From Vicugna vicugna (taxonomy: Eukaryota), in assembly GCA_013265495.1 (NCBI GenBank), contig MU057560.1:1004753-1068752 (forward strand): a stretch of DNA of 64,000 bases, read 5' to 3'. Positions 25,800 through 38,592 of this stretch are shown piece after piece. The notes beneath the pieces were generated by a model. It had not been told where the DNA came from and ran no database searches. It saw only the letters and a program-made list of their open reading frames with translations. Position numbers and translations under genes: made by a program. Numbering within the stretch: position 1 is the stretch's first letter; each line of letters starts with the position of its first letter.

Positions 25800-26027
25800 A
25801 AATTACACCTTCAAATGATTTTGAAAACACAGTCATAACACAAACCAAAAACAGCTAGTATACAAGGAAACAAGACAACATGATTAAGAATCAAGAAAAC
25901 AAGGCACAAAGAAACGGCCTATCAAGACTTGATGTATCGGAATGATTAGCCAGAGATTAATCATGTTTATTATTAAACTGAACAGATGAAACATGTTTAC
26001 TATGTTTAAAGAAAGAAGAGGCAAGCT
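25800..26027 (+). mobile_element. Old L1M ORF1-region fragment
   Basis: aaggaaacaagacaacatg...tatcggaatgattagc...atgtttactatgtttaaagaaa. Confidence 0.5.
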
Positions 26028-26370
26028 TGTGCTCTATCTTGCACAATTCCAAGAACTGGCCTCAAGGAAATGGCCACAAACTGAGCCTGGAGTTCAAGAT
26101 TAACTGTACTTAAAACTGCTCAGCCCACTGCACGACCAGTTTCAAGGTGACCGTCAGCACTGACTGGGCTGCTCTGCAGGCATCCCCTCCCTCTGCCCAC
26201 ACACCCCCGAAACTTCCCTTTAAAAGCTCTTGTCCCTGAGTAGCAATGGGAGTTGGTTCCTGGACACAAGTCCACCTTCTCCCCAGGTTGTCAGCCTCCT
26301 GAGTAAAGCAGCCTTCCCTTTCCTACAACACTTGTCTCCTGAGCCGTGAGCAGCTGGACCCGAGTTCAGC
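26028..26370 (+). mobile_element. ERV1-type solo LTR
   Basis: TG start, TATA-like tttaaaa, agtaaa poly(A)-like signal, U5-like gtgagcagctggacccgagttcagc; candidate agct TSD. Confidence 0.65.
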
Positions 26371-26429
26371 AGCTCTCCGACAATGCATTCTGGTACGAGT
26401 CCTGGGTGTGCACAGGAAAGTTATTCAAA

Positions 26430-27290
26430 CTCTGGTATCCAACCAAAACTTACCAAGCAGAGCTCACTTTGGCAGCACATACACTAAAATTCGAATGATA
26501 CGGAGACAGTTAGCCTGGCCCCTAAGCAAGGATGACACGCAAATTTGTGACATATTCTATATTTAAAAAAATGACCAAGCATACAAAGGGGCAGGAAAGC
26601 ATGGTGCATGATGAGGAAAGAAATAATTAAAACCCAGAACTGACACAGGTGTTGGAATTAGCGGATGAGAACACTGAACAGTTCTATAACTGTGATCCAC
26701 ACATTCAAGTTCCATACAGACATGGAAGAGAGAAAAGAGAACTGTATTAAACATTTAGAGAGAAAATGTTTCAGATAAAAAATAAAGTGGATGGGATTAC
26801 CAGCAGATTAGATGTTTAAGACAAAAAAAATTAGTGATCTTGAAGATGCCACAAAAGACAATAAAAAATGAAGCAACAAAAGAGAAAGAAGGTTGGAAAA
26901 AATGAAGTTAGCATCTGGCAGCAGTGGGCACACTCTAAGTAGCCTGACAGACATGTGATGAGTGTCGCTGAAGGAAATGGAAGAAGAGGAGGAAGAAAAA
27001 AGATTTGAATCATTAAATGGCTGAACATCTCCAAATTTGAGGAAACTGTGTATTCACAGATCCAAGGAGTCCAGTGACTCTCAGGACAAGATATATTACA
27101 AAACAAAACAAAACACTAAGCACATTATGATCAGATTGTTCAAAACCAGTGAGAGAAATATCATTTACAAATCAACCAGAGGGAAAAATATGCACTGAAA
27201 ACAGAGAAAAATATAAAGATGACAGCCGATTTCTTGTTAGAAATATTAAAAGGGAGATGCAGAAGAGCAACACCTTTAAAGTTCTGAAAG
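26430..27290 (+). mobile_element. Old L1M ORF1 remnant (host of the U6 retrocopy)
   Basis: ccagaactgacacaggtgttggaattagc; cacagatccaagga...agattgttcaaaaccagtga...aagatgacagccgatttctt. Confidence 0.75.
26460..26564 (+). pseudogene. RNU6-like: Full-length U6 snRNA processed pseudogene
   Basis: gagctcactttggcagcacatacactaaaatt...gcaaggatgacacgcaaatttgtga...atattt is colinear with U6; short A tail; 15-bp TSD with 2 mismatches (26445-26459 / 26567-26581). Confidence 0.93.
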
Positions 27291-29189
27291 CGAAATTCTC
27301 TCCACTGAAATTCTCTAAGCAAACACACACATGATGGGAATTCCAATAAAAGAGGTGAGAGAAAGAGGCAAAAACACATCATTTTTCATGAGTAAACACT
27401 CCTTGAATTGTTATAACCTTTTGTTAATTTCCAGAGATCTGCAAATATTGATATTAACTTTTTCCCCCCAATTTTTCTCATTGATTTCAGAAAGAAGCCA
27501 ACTTTGGAGTATTTTTACTCCACCAGGGAAAGGAGCATCATTTGCCCTACGTTGCCTTTATGAAGTTTCCAATTTTTTTAAAGAAGCTATTACAGTAACT
27601 AAATGTACATTTGAAATAATAAAATGCCCTTCAAAATAGAATGTTTGGGGGAAAAATCATTCTTAAACTGACATATTTATTGTAAATAATGTATTCACAG
27701 AAGGGTAACATTGGAGTCAAAAAAAGAATTTCTGGGAATGAAGTCTATTAGAGATATGACCTTTGCTCTCATTTTAAGCTAGATTTGTTTACTTTTAATG
27801 ACTGTGTTTGTGTGAGTTCTTGTTGTCTGGCATTCAATTTTTTTATAACACTTGTGATTTTGTCTGCTGATTGGTGATAAGTAAAGTATTGCATATACTT
27901 TTTGTGCAATTACAAAATTATACTTTACTAGTGGTAGAAAAGGTCGTTGATAATATATAGTAATTTCATAAGTGATATCTAAAAAATTTGGGCTTTTCCA
28001 AGGTCACCTAACTTACCAGTAGAGTCAGAACTAGTATCTGACTTTTAATACCAGAATGTGTCACATAGATGGAAGCCATCTGTGATTATCTGTACTTGAC
28101 TCTGTATCTGCAATATGATTTCAATTATGTAAAAATACTTGACTGGGGAGGAACTAATTTTAGAATTTCAGAAAAAATGATGGCTTTTACCATACTTCTG
28201 AGTTTCTGATTTCTTAGTATGGTGTTTAACATCTATTTTCAAAGAGCCACCTACTTTCAGGTATAAAAAGTTTGAGCTAAAACAATGTCCTTGGCCCCTC
28301 TGTCCTCTACACAGGTGAAGTCTCACATGGCTTTAGAAGTGCCCTCAAATTTCAGGACAGGTGGTGCCTCCTTCCTCAAGAGAGCCTGGGATCCAGACAG
28401 CATCTCAGAGGTGAGAACACCAGGGTAGAGGTTTTACACTTGAATCTGAGAACCTGTGTAGATGTCCATCTCAAAAGTCTGTAGAGACATTCCTTCAAGG
28501 CATTTGTCCTTGAACTGGTCTGTGCCACCTGGATGGAATCAGCTTTCTGAGGGCAAAAGCAGCCCAGTTCTGGATGTGGTGAGTCTTATTGCCTGTAATT
28601 AATCACGGACAAATGCATCTTTGATTTGCTCATTTTTTTCCCAGAGATTCTAAAGGGGAGAAAATAGTAATTAATCTAACTCACTTTGTGTGATTAAAAC
28701 CTAATAGAAGTGCCACTGCCTTCCCATAAGACAAATGATAAATTTTACAAACTTAAGAAGAAATGCAATTTCTTAGGAAGTCTCTTTAAGAAAGTAATCT
28801 TACCAGGATCCAAATGATTCTCAGGACTGACTCTCCTGCTGATGCTGGTACCTTCTCAGAGGTAGCTTCCCTCCCCACGCGGTTCTGATGGTTGATCACC
28901 CCTCCCGAGGCATCACAGTACCCGGCAGGGAAAACGCACGTGCCCCGACTCCACACACAGAGGTTTCATTTGGTTGGTCTGGGAAGTGGCCCTGCCAGCC
29001 CGTGAAAGGTCCTCACTAGGGACTGTGAATTACAACCATGAAGGCCAGGGCTTGCCGGAAGAGGCAGTGAGTTATCACGGCGGTGAGACTCGTCAGCCAG
29101 ATAAGGATTTGAACCCGAGCTCACTTATTTCTCCCACAAGTGATGAGCACTCAGGGAGTAGCAGGTGTGTGTGGGGCTCTGGGGACAGA

Positions 29190-29370
29190 GTCTGTGAACT
29201 AGACACGCGTGGTCTGTGGCACTTGAGCTTAGGGTCCCACCGGCTCTGGGTGGTGTTGGGCAAGGCCACAGGTCCCTCCCGTCCGTTTAGTCATTGATTC
29301 ATTTATGTGTGGACGACGGTGTGGGGATTAAGCAGTCAGATGTGTGCAAAATGTCTGGTGTGAAAGGAGC
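29190..29370 (+). mobile_element. MIR SINE
   Basis: tctgtgaactagacac...ctctgggtggtgttgggcaaggccac...ggggattaag. Confidence 0.5.
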
Positions 29371-29589
29371 TCCTTCTTCTGCACACACACACACACACAC
29401 ATACTCACAGATAATTATTGCTTTTTCTTTTATGTGATGGCCAACTTTGCAGATACATCAGCTTAGAACATGTAACCAAGACATGGTATGATTTAATTGG
29501 TAGACATGTTAATTAGAAAAAAATGTAAAGCATAGAGATTAAGTTTGTAGCTCTAGGTGGGCATTAATAATAATAATAACTGAACAATA

Positions 29590-29790
29590 ATCAGTTTATC
29601 CAATGCAAATATTGTGAAAGGTGCTTTATATACATTGTCTTCATTTTTTAGACAACAGCATTGGTGAGAGCTATCATGCAGCCACGATGAGACGGACCCT
29701 CAGAGGCTCTGGGTGCCCCGTGTCAGGTCGGGCGGCCGGTAACGGGAGAGGACTCTGGAGCTGAGTCCATGACCCTGCCTGACACCGCGC
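29590..29790 (-). mobile_element. MIR SINE with GC-enriched right half
   Basis: aggtgctttatatacattgtcttcattt...acaac...gatgag...ctcagagg. Confidence 0.5.
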
Positions 29791-30109
29791 TGCCTCCTGC
29801 CCGTCAGATGTGGGCTTGCCGACCGCAGAGCTCAACATATAGCAAATTACATTGGATTTGTAATGTGTTTTGCAAAAGCAGTTGTTTTTTTGTTTGTTTG
29901 TTTGTTATTTTTTAATGCAGTGCCTGCTTGGTGATTTTTATTTCTTTAACAGGCTGTGATCTCCCAAGGACAGCTGAATCATAATTTGACTCTTTTAATT
30001 ACAAACAGTTCCCTGAAAGTGACATATATGATCATGAGAGACAACATTCCAGCCAAGTCTTAACATTTGCCCCAGACAACATGCTGAATGTTTAGTATTT
30101 CTCCTTTCG

Positions 30110-31683
30110 GTCAGCGGAGGTGCCTGGGATGGTTTCCCTCGGACTCTGAAGATTACGTTTCTCACTAAGGTGGAAATTTCTCCATTGGAAAAGTCCTTGA
30201 GGGCCTTGCCGGGATGTGGCCGTGATGGAGGTCACCACGGGAGTGCCGTCCGCATCCCCAGCCCGGAAGCCCTGCGCCCGCCCCGGGCGCCTCTCCTGAA
30301 GCCGCAGGGCGGCTCCTTCGCCGTGAAGCTTTGCGAGCACGGCGTGTGGGAGGGGCCCGGAGCGGGCTGCTTCCCCCGGCTCATCAGACATCACTCCTGT
30401 CGTGTAAATAACTCTGCCTCCTTTTCCAGTTCGTGCGTTTTTTAAGCCAATGCATATGTCGTCACCGCAGCCCGCTGTGTGGAATGAGAGAGCTAAGGAA
30501 GAATGAAACTGCGTGATTTCGTAGATCTCGCTCAGTTATTCATTCATCCATTCTTTTTTTTTCTTTTTTTTTGAATTCCTGTCCCAGATGCCGTGTGAGG
30601 TGCCCTGGAATGCTCACGGCCTCGGAGCACAGGCGCTCTCAGGCGCATCTTTCCCTCAGCAGTCCAGCGCGCGAGGGCGGTAACCGGCGCGCCTTCACCT
30701 GCTATTGTTGATTCTCAGGAAACAGTAAACAGTGGCGGGAAAAACAAAAAACGGAAAGCAACCCTCTGGCTTATGAAGCTCTGCGCCCTGTGTACTAGGT
30801 TCTAGTAAATTCTGATTCCTCACAAACTTGAGGAGAAGAGAGCGCCAGACAAACACACACACACACAACAGTGCAAACACCAAGGCGAACAGCGAACATT
30901 CAACGTCATAGAAAGACATAACGGGAAATTAAGCAGCCCGGGGGGCCCGCCGTGAGTCCAGCTGCCCTCGTGTTTCGTGTTTCTGGGCCTGCGTGGTGGC
31001 TGGGATGGAACCTTCCAGAAGGGCTTAGCTGAGGGGAAGTCTAATTGGGGTAAAACATCTTCTGACCACAGCAGCCTTCAGGACACCAATAAAGAAGGAA
31101 AATAACCTTGAAACAGTCTCCGTGAGGGCCCAATACTTCGAGGAGCCATGCATGAGTGATTAAGGTCTTAAGACACAGGGCCCCAGACTCCGTGGAGATG
31201 CTGAATTTGCTCAAACGCATCCTCACAGCGAGAGGCTATCTTTAGTCTTTCCTGTTACCTTTAAGAACTAATGTTCTTAATCCCAATGCATGTATCCTAA
31301 TTTAAAAAAAACAAACAAACAGAAAACGGGATGCACTGCCTCTGTTTTACCGTCGCGGGCAGGGCCATGGCTTTGCAGCCCGCGCGCCTGGGCTCCGCCC
31401 CACCTCCCGCATCGCGGAGCCGCAGGTTCAGCCCTCGAGCCGCGCGCGGCTTCCCTGAGCTCCGCCTTGCTTCCTGGTCCTCATCTGACGAATGAGTTTG
31501 GAGCAGCTCCGTTCCCAACCTCACCATCCGGGGCGCTGGTGAAACAATCCTCCTCCTCGCCCTCTTCTCAACGTTTCGGAGGCCCGAGAAAGAGGGAAAC
31601 CGCGCTCTGCTTTGGCCTGGAATTCTTCCAGGTCACTGTGATGAGAACTGCCTCTACTAGGAGGCTGTTACACACTGAGCAAC

Positions 31684-31718
<35 letters not shown>

Positions 31719-31900
31719 CTGAATTCTTCCACGAGTAACCGTTTGACCAACAGGGAGCGTGAGCCCTGGAAGGACGGAGCGAGTCTCCGGGCCGGCGCTC
31801 GGCGCGGGGGCGGGGCCCGCGTGCAGGGCCGCCCCGCCCCCCCCACCTTCCCTTGCGGTTCTCTCAGGACAGGAAAGAGCTTCAGCGGGCGTTGCAGTTC
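30110..31900. promoter_or_regulatory. Cluster of CpG-rich patches (orphan CpG island / enhancer candidate) with (CA)n at ~31686-31714
   Basis: CpG-dense at 30110-30700, 31350-31560 and 31750-31860; GC boxes ggggcgggg and ccccgcccc. Confidence 0.5.
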
Positions 31901-34900
31901 CAAATTGCAATACCAACCAGTTATTCCTTCATAAGCCCAGCTTGCTTAGCAAATAAACATTGTCATAAGGGCCCCTGGACGCGAGGGAATGACAGAGATT
32001 CTCGGAGCTGGTAAGACCACCACGTCTGAACTAGAGGATGTTGAGGTTCTGTGTGTCTGGCTCTGAGGTCCTAAGGTTCCAGCGCTCTGGTCCAGGATAG
32101 GTCAGGAATGGCTCTGTTCTCTCATTTCTGATAAATCCCGATTTCCTTCATCATCTTTTCCTCTGGGATTCAACTCGGAGGCTGCGATGGTTCAGCAGTT
32201 GCCAATTTAAGTGACATACAGTAGGTAACCTTGAAATGCATTTCAAAATATATTGAACAAGATATTCCTCAGAAAGGTAAATCTTATCTTCAATCAAGTG
32301 GTTCTTTCTTTAAAAGGAAAAAATAAAAAAACCTGGTGCCCCAGAGACGGATGAACCCTGGGCTGTACTGGCGTCTGACGTGGGGGTGCTGGCACCCCTA
32401 ATTTACCACTTCAGAGATGCATCAAGTCGCACTGAGGTGAGGTTCATTTTGTTTCCCTTTAAAGTGCCTTCAACTTCATGACAGTCTGGGTTGAAACTGA
32501 GCTTCAGGGAACACAGTTAACTAGTCAAGCATCCTATTTCCTGGCTGAAACGACACTTCAAAAATCATACCAAAAATATAAAAATTGTCACTTTTTTCTT
32601 GGGAGGCACAGGTAAAGGGTGGGGTTTCCCTCGAGTAACTGAACTGACTCAATTTGTAAGCTCTGTTTTCTAAGACTCAGAGCTGGAATACTGCTCTCAT
32701 GTGAGATTCTACCCAGTGTGGGGGCAGGACTCTAGCCTGGACATGACAACCAGACACGGGCCAGGATGTACATCCTGAGTGGAAATTGCTCAGTGCTGGG
32801 GACGGAGACTTAGTTCTTAGGTTGCCCATCAGAACCAGACGAGAGATCTTTCAAAACACAGATACGAATCTGAGTTATCATTTTTAGTATTGTCCTTCTA
32901 AACCTCAGATAACACTATTCCAGAATTTCATGTTTTAGATTACCTTCAAAATATGCACTTTTACTGAAGGAGAATGTGCCCAGGGTTTAAACACAGTGAT
33001 CTGAGGGAGAAGAGTCTTGTAGATTCTCAGGAGAAACCAGGAAGAAAAGATGAGAGTCTGGGCCAGGGAAACAGCCCTGGGGGCTCAGGAGAGATCCCCT
33101 GGCATGACCTGGTGACAGGAAACCTGGGACTTGGCAACGCAAAACAGCAGGGGCATTTGCACTTCTTTAAAAGGGCACCTTTGCAGGCCATCCCGGCAGC
33201 CAGGGCTATGCCTCCGGCCCCTGCACGAGGCTGCACCTTTGAGTGTTCTGCAGGTCACCTTGGAGAGGTTGTAACCGTTCCAAGTCAAGTGTACTTGGTT
33301 GAGTCAGACAGTCCTGGGATTTCACCTCGTTCTTGTAACAAACATGACTGTCCATTGCAGTCCCCAAGCAGCTGACCTCAGCTGGCCCCTGCTCAGAGTA
33401 AATGCCGAGAAGACAGGGTTTCTCAGCTGCCCGCACCCAGGCCTCCCTCCGCAGTCCACGCCTCTGGTCGCACCTACCGTTCTGGTGCTTTTTGGAAGGA
33501 AGCAAAAGAGAAACAAGAACATTTCCAATCTTAACAGTTTGTCGTTTTCTTAGGAGAATGTGCCCTCACATTGAGAAGCTTTGAAAGAACTTAACCCAAA
33601 GTAAGATTGAGAAAGAGGGGTTTGGGGCATTTGTGGGTACTTACCCAGAATCTGTGTGGATGGATACATGTTACGTGATTTCTTCGAGAACAATACACTA
33701 TAAAAAAATGCTCTCCTGGTCTGTCCCTTTGCCTTCTGGTGGTTTGCCTCTACCAGACACATTCCTACTCTCCATCCACCCCCACCCCCAGACTCACCGA
33801 TCTCACCAGCTAACCACCTGTGCCTCTAAGCTGCAGTTTCCTCATATATAAAATAGGCCAACTCTGTCCTTAGGGTGGTAGACAGGATTCGGTGAGTGGT
33901 GGATGGGAAGCCCATGCCGGAGTACGTAGATCCTGTGACACCTGATTTTTAAATGAAGTAGACTCCTAATTTTTGAAAGACCTGGCCATCAGAACATTTC
34001 TCATTTTCTAATGTCGCTGGTGATCTTTCTCAAACGCACAAGAGGCACTGACCAGTTCTCTTCCCCTGGTGCCGAGGAGGAGGGAGTCCTGGGGGATCCT
34101 TTCAAGACAGAAGCAACAGAGAAGTTCTCTTACCAGAGATTATTTGCCTGATGTCCCACCTGAGGGTTGAGCACGGTGACGCTAACTTGTGGGAAAGGGG
34201 AAGGAATGGAGGTCAGTGATGAGAGCCGGTCAAGGCAGCTGCCCAAACGAGGCTGCGTAGGAAGATGGAGGAAATTGACAGTACTAATGTCACAGGTTTG
34301 GAGAAGAAATAGAATTGAGGTTCGACCCACCTCCAGGAATCAGCTTCACAAACCTGAGGGCGTCAAGTCGGCACCACTTCCTCAGTTGTTGGATGGAACA
34401 CCCCACTTCGGTCTCCGCTGAGGCTGAAATGCCATAATGGTTTTGAAGTTCACGGTGCAGGGTCAGGAACGCAGGCATTCCTTCAGTATGTGGAAGCCAT
34501 GTGGATGCGGACCTGACGGAGCATCAAGGCAGGTGACAGTCACCAGAGAGATGCAAACAGGAAGGAGGGGTGTCCCCACATATCAGCAGGGCTGTCTTGG
34601 GGTGAGCCCTGAAACTTTAATTTGGTGCATTCATGTGAGTTGGGGCAGTTGATTTTAAAAGGCTCAGGATGGACAAATACCATTCCTCACATGTAAAGAA
34701 ACCTTTAAAAACTCTCAGAATCTGAATACTCCTTTAAATTATTTCCTCAGGAGGTGCATTGGCTTCACACAAATTCATTAAGTGGTGCCCCTTAGATTCA
34801 CAGTTCGGTGTGTGCCCATGGGTACGCAGTGAGAGATGAAGTTACGCCAGGCATTCAATATTACTCCAATCAGTACCACTAATCAATACGCACGCATTGA

Positions 34901-35954
34901 CTCAGTCCTCAGGGGGCAGCCAGCTCCCCCGCTGACTTGGTGATCTAAGCAAATACTTGAATCCTTCCACGGGTACCAGGATGTGGAAGGTGCTGCCTGT
35001 CATGACTGCCAGAGGCGGGCGTTGAGAAATGCAGACCCTGACGGGGGCGCAGTCTGGGGGACAGCGCCAAGCTCAGACGCCCAGCATCTGCCAGACACCA
35101 AATCTGTCTTCCCTGCTCCGGCTGCTCCTCAGACAGAGCGCTGAATAACCCACCCGTCAGGCAGAAAATGAACTCCGTCTTCCACATTTTCACCCAACAA
35201 TATGTTATTTCTTCTCTGCCTTTCTCCAAAGAGGTTTACCTTTTCTGCAGGTGCTTCCTTTGCTTGTCAGCATTAGAAAATTTGAATAAATCTTTCGTCC
35301 GTGAACCCTGTTCCCAGAGTCCATCTCAGCAGGGCTTATCTTCTGGAATGGATCAGCATGAATTAGACGTGGGTGGGAGAAGCTGATAAGAAAATTCTCT
35401 CAGCAGGGAAGCCGTGGGGAGTTAAACAGCTCCCAGAACACCCAGCTCAGTGTCAGCACTGGGGCTGGGGCCAGCGCCTCTGCCTTCAGGAAGAGGCTCA
35501 CGTGTTCCGGAACACAGCAGCGTTGGGGGTACGCGTTATACTTAACACTCAGGCTGGACAGGAAGAGTTAGCTCTGGATCAAGAGGACACTGATGAAGTG
35601 GCTTAAAATGCACATTCCGAGTATGGGAAACTCATGAATATGAAGTCGCTTTAGGCTTTTAATCTGCACCTCACACAGGGAACATGGGATGTGCTGAGCC
35701 CCTCTCGAAGCAGGTCCACGAGCTCCTAATAACTCATCAGGTTCCAGGTGCGGGTGACTTGGAATATAGTTTGTCCCATTTCTTGAGATATTTCATAAAT
35801 CTCCCAGACGCAGTACCTCTTCTTTGTAATGGACACAGATTTTAATTTTCATATTCATAGTATTAGATGCTAAATTTGCCACGCAGTGAGGTACAGAAAG
35901 ATTTAATAAAATGTTGGCAAATCATAGATGTGCTTTGAAAGCAGTTAAAAACCA

Positions 35955-36480
35955 ACCAACCCAAATGTTCATCTTCAGATGACAGGATAAAGAAGCCATG
36001 GTATATTTATACAATGGAATACTACCCAGCCATAAAAAAGAGTAAAATAATGCCATTTGCAGCAATGTGGATGGACCTGGAGATCACCATTCTAAATGAA
36101 GAAAGCCAGAAAGAGAAAGAAAAATGCTATATGAGATCACTTATATGTGGAATCTGAAAAAAAGGGCATAAATAAACGTATCTACAAAATAGAAACAGAA
36201 TCAAAGACACAGAGAACAAACTTATGGTTACCAGGGGTTGAAGGAGGTGGGAAGGGATAAACTGGAAGTTCAAAAATTGCACCTCGTGGGGAGTGATGGA
36301 AATGTTAGCCACCTTGACTGTGGTGGTGGTTTCATGGGCGTCTACAACTACCACAATTCATCAAATTGTACAACTGAACTATGTGCAGCTCACTGTACAG
36401 GAGCCAGACCACAACAAAGGTGTTAAAAAAACAAAAAAACAGAAATACAAATATATATATACACAAAGAGATTAAAAAAA
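35955..36480 (+). mobile_element. L1 3' end with chimeric L1MB/MC-like tail (copy 2)
   Basis: Young L1 3' end to ttgcac (36277-36282), then the same tail as 11235-11370; TSD aaagcagttaaaaacca (35938-35954) / agagcagttaaaagcca (36481-36497). Confidence 0.9.
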
Positions 36481-38319
36481 AGAGCAGTTAAAAGCCATTC
36501 AGAATAAAGACAAAGTGTCACTTTGTTTCTGTTAAAAGTAATCATAAAAATGATCTCAGCAAATTAAATCTGTTGTTCAGAAATCTTTGAAAATACCCAG
36601 GCATATCTGTTAGCAGTTGTAAAGACTGAAGCCGGAGGTACACCGCACACTGGCCAAACCAGACAAAACAGCCCCGAGAGGGCCTGTACGGTCCACCTGG
36701 CGTCTGGAGAAGAGGTCTGGGTGCCTGGACTAGAACAGACCGGGCTGATCGCCCCCTTGGGCCTCAGGTCCGGGGGATGCAGGTCTGAGTCCACACACTC
36801 ACGAGAGACGCCAGCTTCCCCGTCTCTGGCTTCCACCAAGTCGTTGGCTGTTCTCGGCCCACCATGCGTGGAGGGTGGCAAAGGAGTGGACCCTGGAGCT
36901 CTGCCCACGTCCTCAGAGGGGCCTTCCACATGGCGGCCACGGTCCCCTAGAGAGGACCCCGAGCTGGACTTTCTGACACCGTGTCCCCTTTAACTTATTT
37001 CCCTCGTGATCCACTGTCCACTGATCGCCTTAACCACGCCAGAGGGTCCACATGTTGAAATGAATCATAAAATACAAAATCAGGAGGCAACTGAAAGTCA
37101 GAGCAAGTCCAAAATAGACCTTTCTGCCACCTGCAGTTGCCAGATCAAGCCCAGTCAGATTAACCCGTGCGTGGTTAATCTCAGTGCGTGGCTGCAGTTT
37201 ACGGCCTGTTATGGAAGTTCCCGGTGCCAGGTCCTTGCAGGGGGAGCAGGTCTGCAGTTTAGCTGCTGGGAACCTGTTCAGTGGTCTCAGCACCTGTCCA
37301 GGTCGGCCAGGAACTGGCTCCTATTTCGGTGCCCTTGCAAGGATATTTTTAAAATAATCCAAATCATCAGTCCTGCATAGATGAATATATGAGATTCCTC
37401 CAGCCTATAAAGATATGCTGATGGAGATAAAGACTGATACCCAGGTTAAAAAATACAAGGGTTCCAAGAGAAAAGTGTTTCAAAGGTAGTTCAAAACAGC
37501 AGCAAGAATTCCCAGGCTTGGGGAGACCATATTCCACTTAACTTTCCGGAAGCCTTCTTGGAGGTGGGGCATGGGGAGTGAAGAGCAGGAGCCAGTTTCC
37601 ACAGAAGGAGACGTCTTCTCAGAGGAGGAGGGTGCCATCTCGGACCCGAGGCCAGGCAGGGCGGGGAGCGGCCCCGGGAAGGCCGCAGCTCGGCTCTGGT
37701 CCTGTATCTGAGGACGGAGACGGATGGCAATGGGCCGAAAGCCCAGGGCCTTGCCAGGAGGTGCTTGCTCTTCAAGTGTCTGAGGCAAACAGGAGGTAAA
37801 GAGTCCCACGATGGCAGCTTCAGGGACCCAAGGACGTGTAAGGGAAGAGTCCACACCTCTTCTGAGTAAACGACAAAAAGACATGAGCGAACGTATCCTA
37901 GGGATGGAAGATGGACCGACCGACCTCAGCTGCAGAGGGGGACCTGAGATTCAGATCTGCGGGCATCTGGGGACACATCCACACACACAGGCCTGTCTCA
38001 CTTTTCTGATCAAGTCGCCAGAGCATGAGGCAGATGCAGGAAAGAACTCTGGATCGCAGTAAGGAGAAGGGGTTCTAGCTTCACACTGTGACCCACGACA
38101 AATGGCCAGCACTCGTGGGGCCGCAGTCGGCACCTATGTCACATGAGAACATTCAGCCCCGTGCTGTCTGAGATGCCTTTCCACCTGAGAATTTATGACG
38201 ATCGTTTAAAAATGAACACATCAGTTTTATCAAAGGCTTTAAAAAATTTCATAAATACATTATGGAAATGAATTTACTTGTGTTTTAATTTAATTGTTGT
38301 TAATTCAATTTTTTAAAAA

Positions 38320-38592
38320 TCCAGACTTTGTTTTTAAGAGCTGTTTTAGATTCAGAATAAAACTGAGAGGTAGACAGAGATTTCCCGTATACACCCTGCG
38401 CCACCGTCAGCACCCCCACCAAGAGTGCGCCTGCACAGCCAGTGAGCCTACATCACCCAAAGTCCAGAGTTTGCATTCGGGGGTCCCTCTTGGCTTTGCA
38501 CATTCTGTGGGTTTAGACAAATGTGTAATGACATGTACCCACCAATATAACATCGTACAGAGTAGTCCCGCTGCCCAGACTCTCCCCTGTGT
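38320..38592 (-). mobile_element. L1MC1-like 3' end
   Basis: agactttgtttttaagagctgttttagattca...atcacccaaagtcca...gacaaatgtgtaatgacatgta. Confidence 0.75.

Noticed and set aside
26460..26564. Functional U6 snRNA gene
   Set aside because: Many substitutions including the ACAGAGA box, TSD and A tail, no evident upstream PSE/TATA
31290..31934. 214 aa ORF
   Set aside because: GC-rich and runs through a (CA)n repeat; no homology recognised
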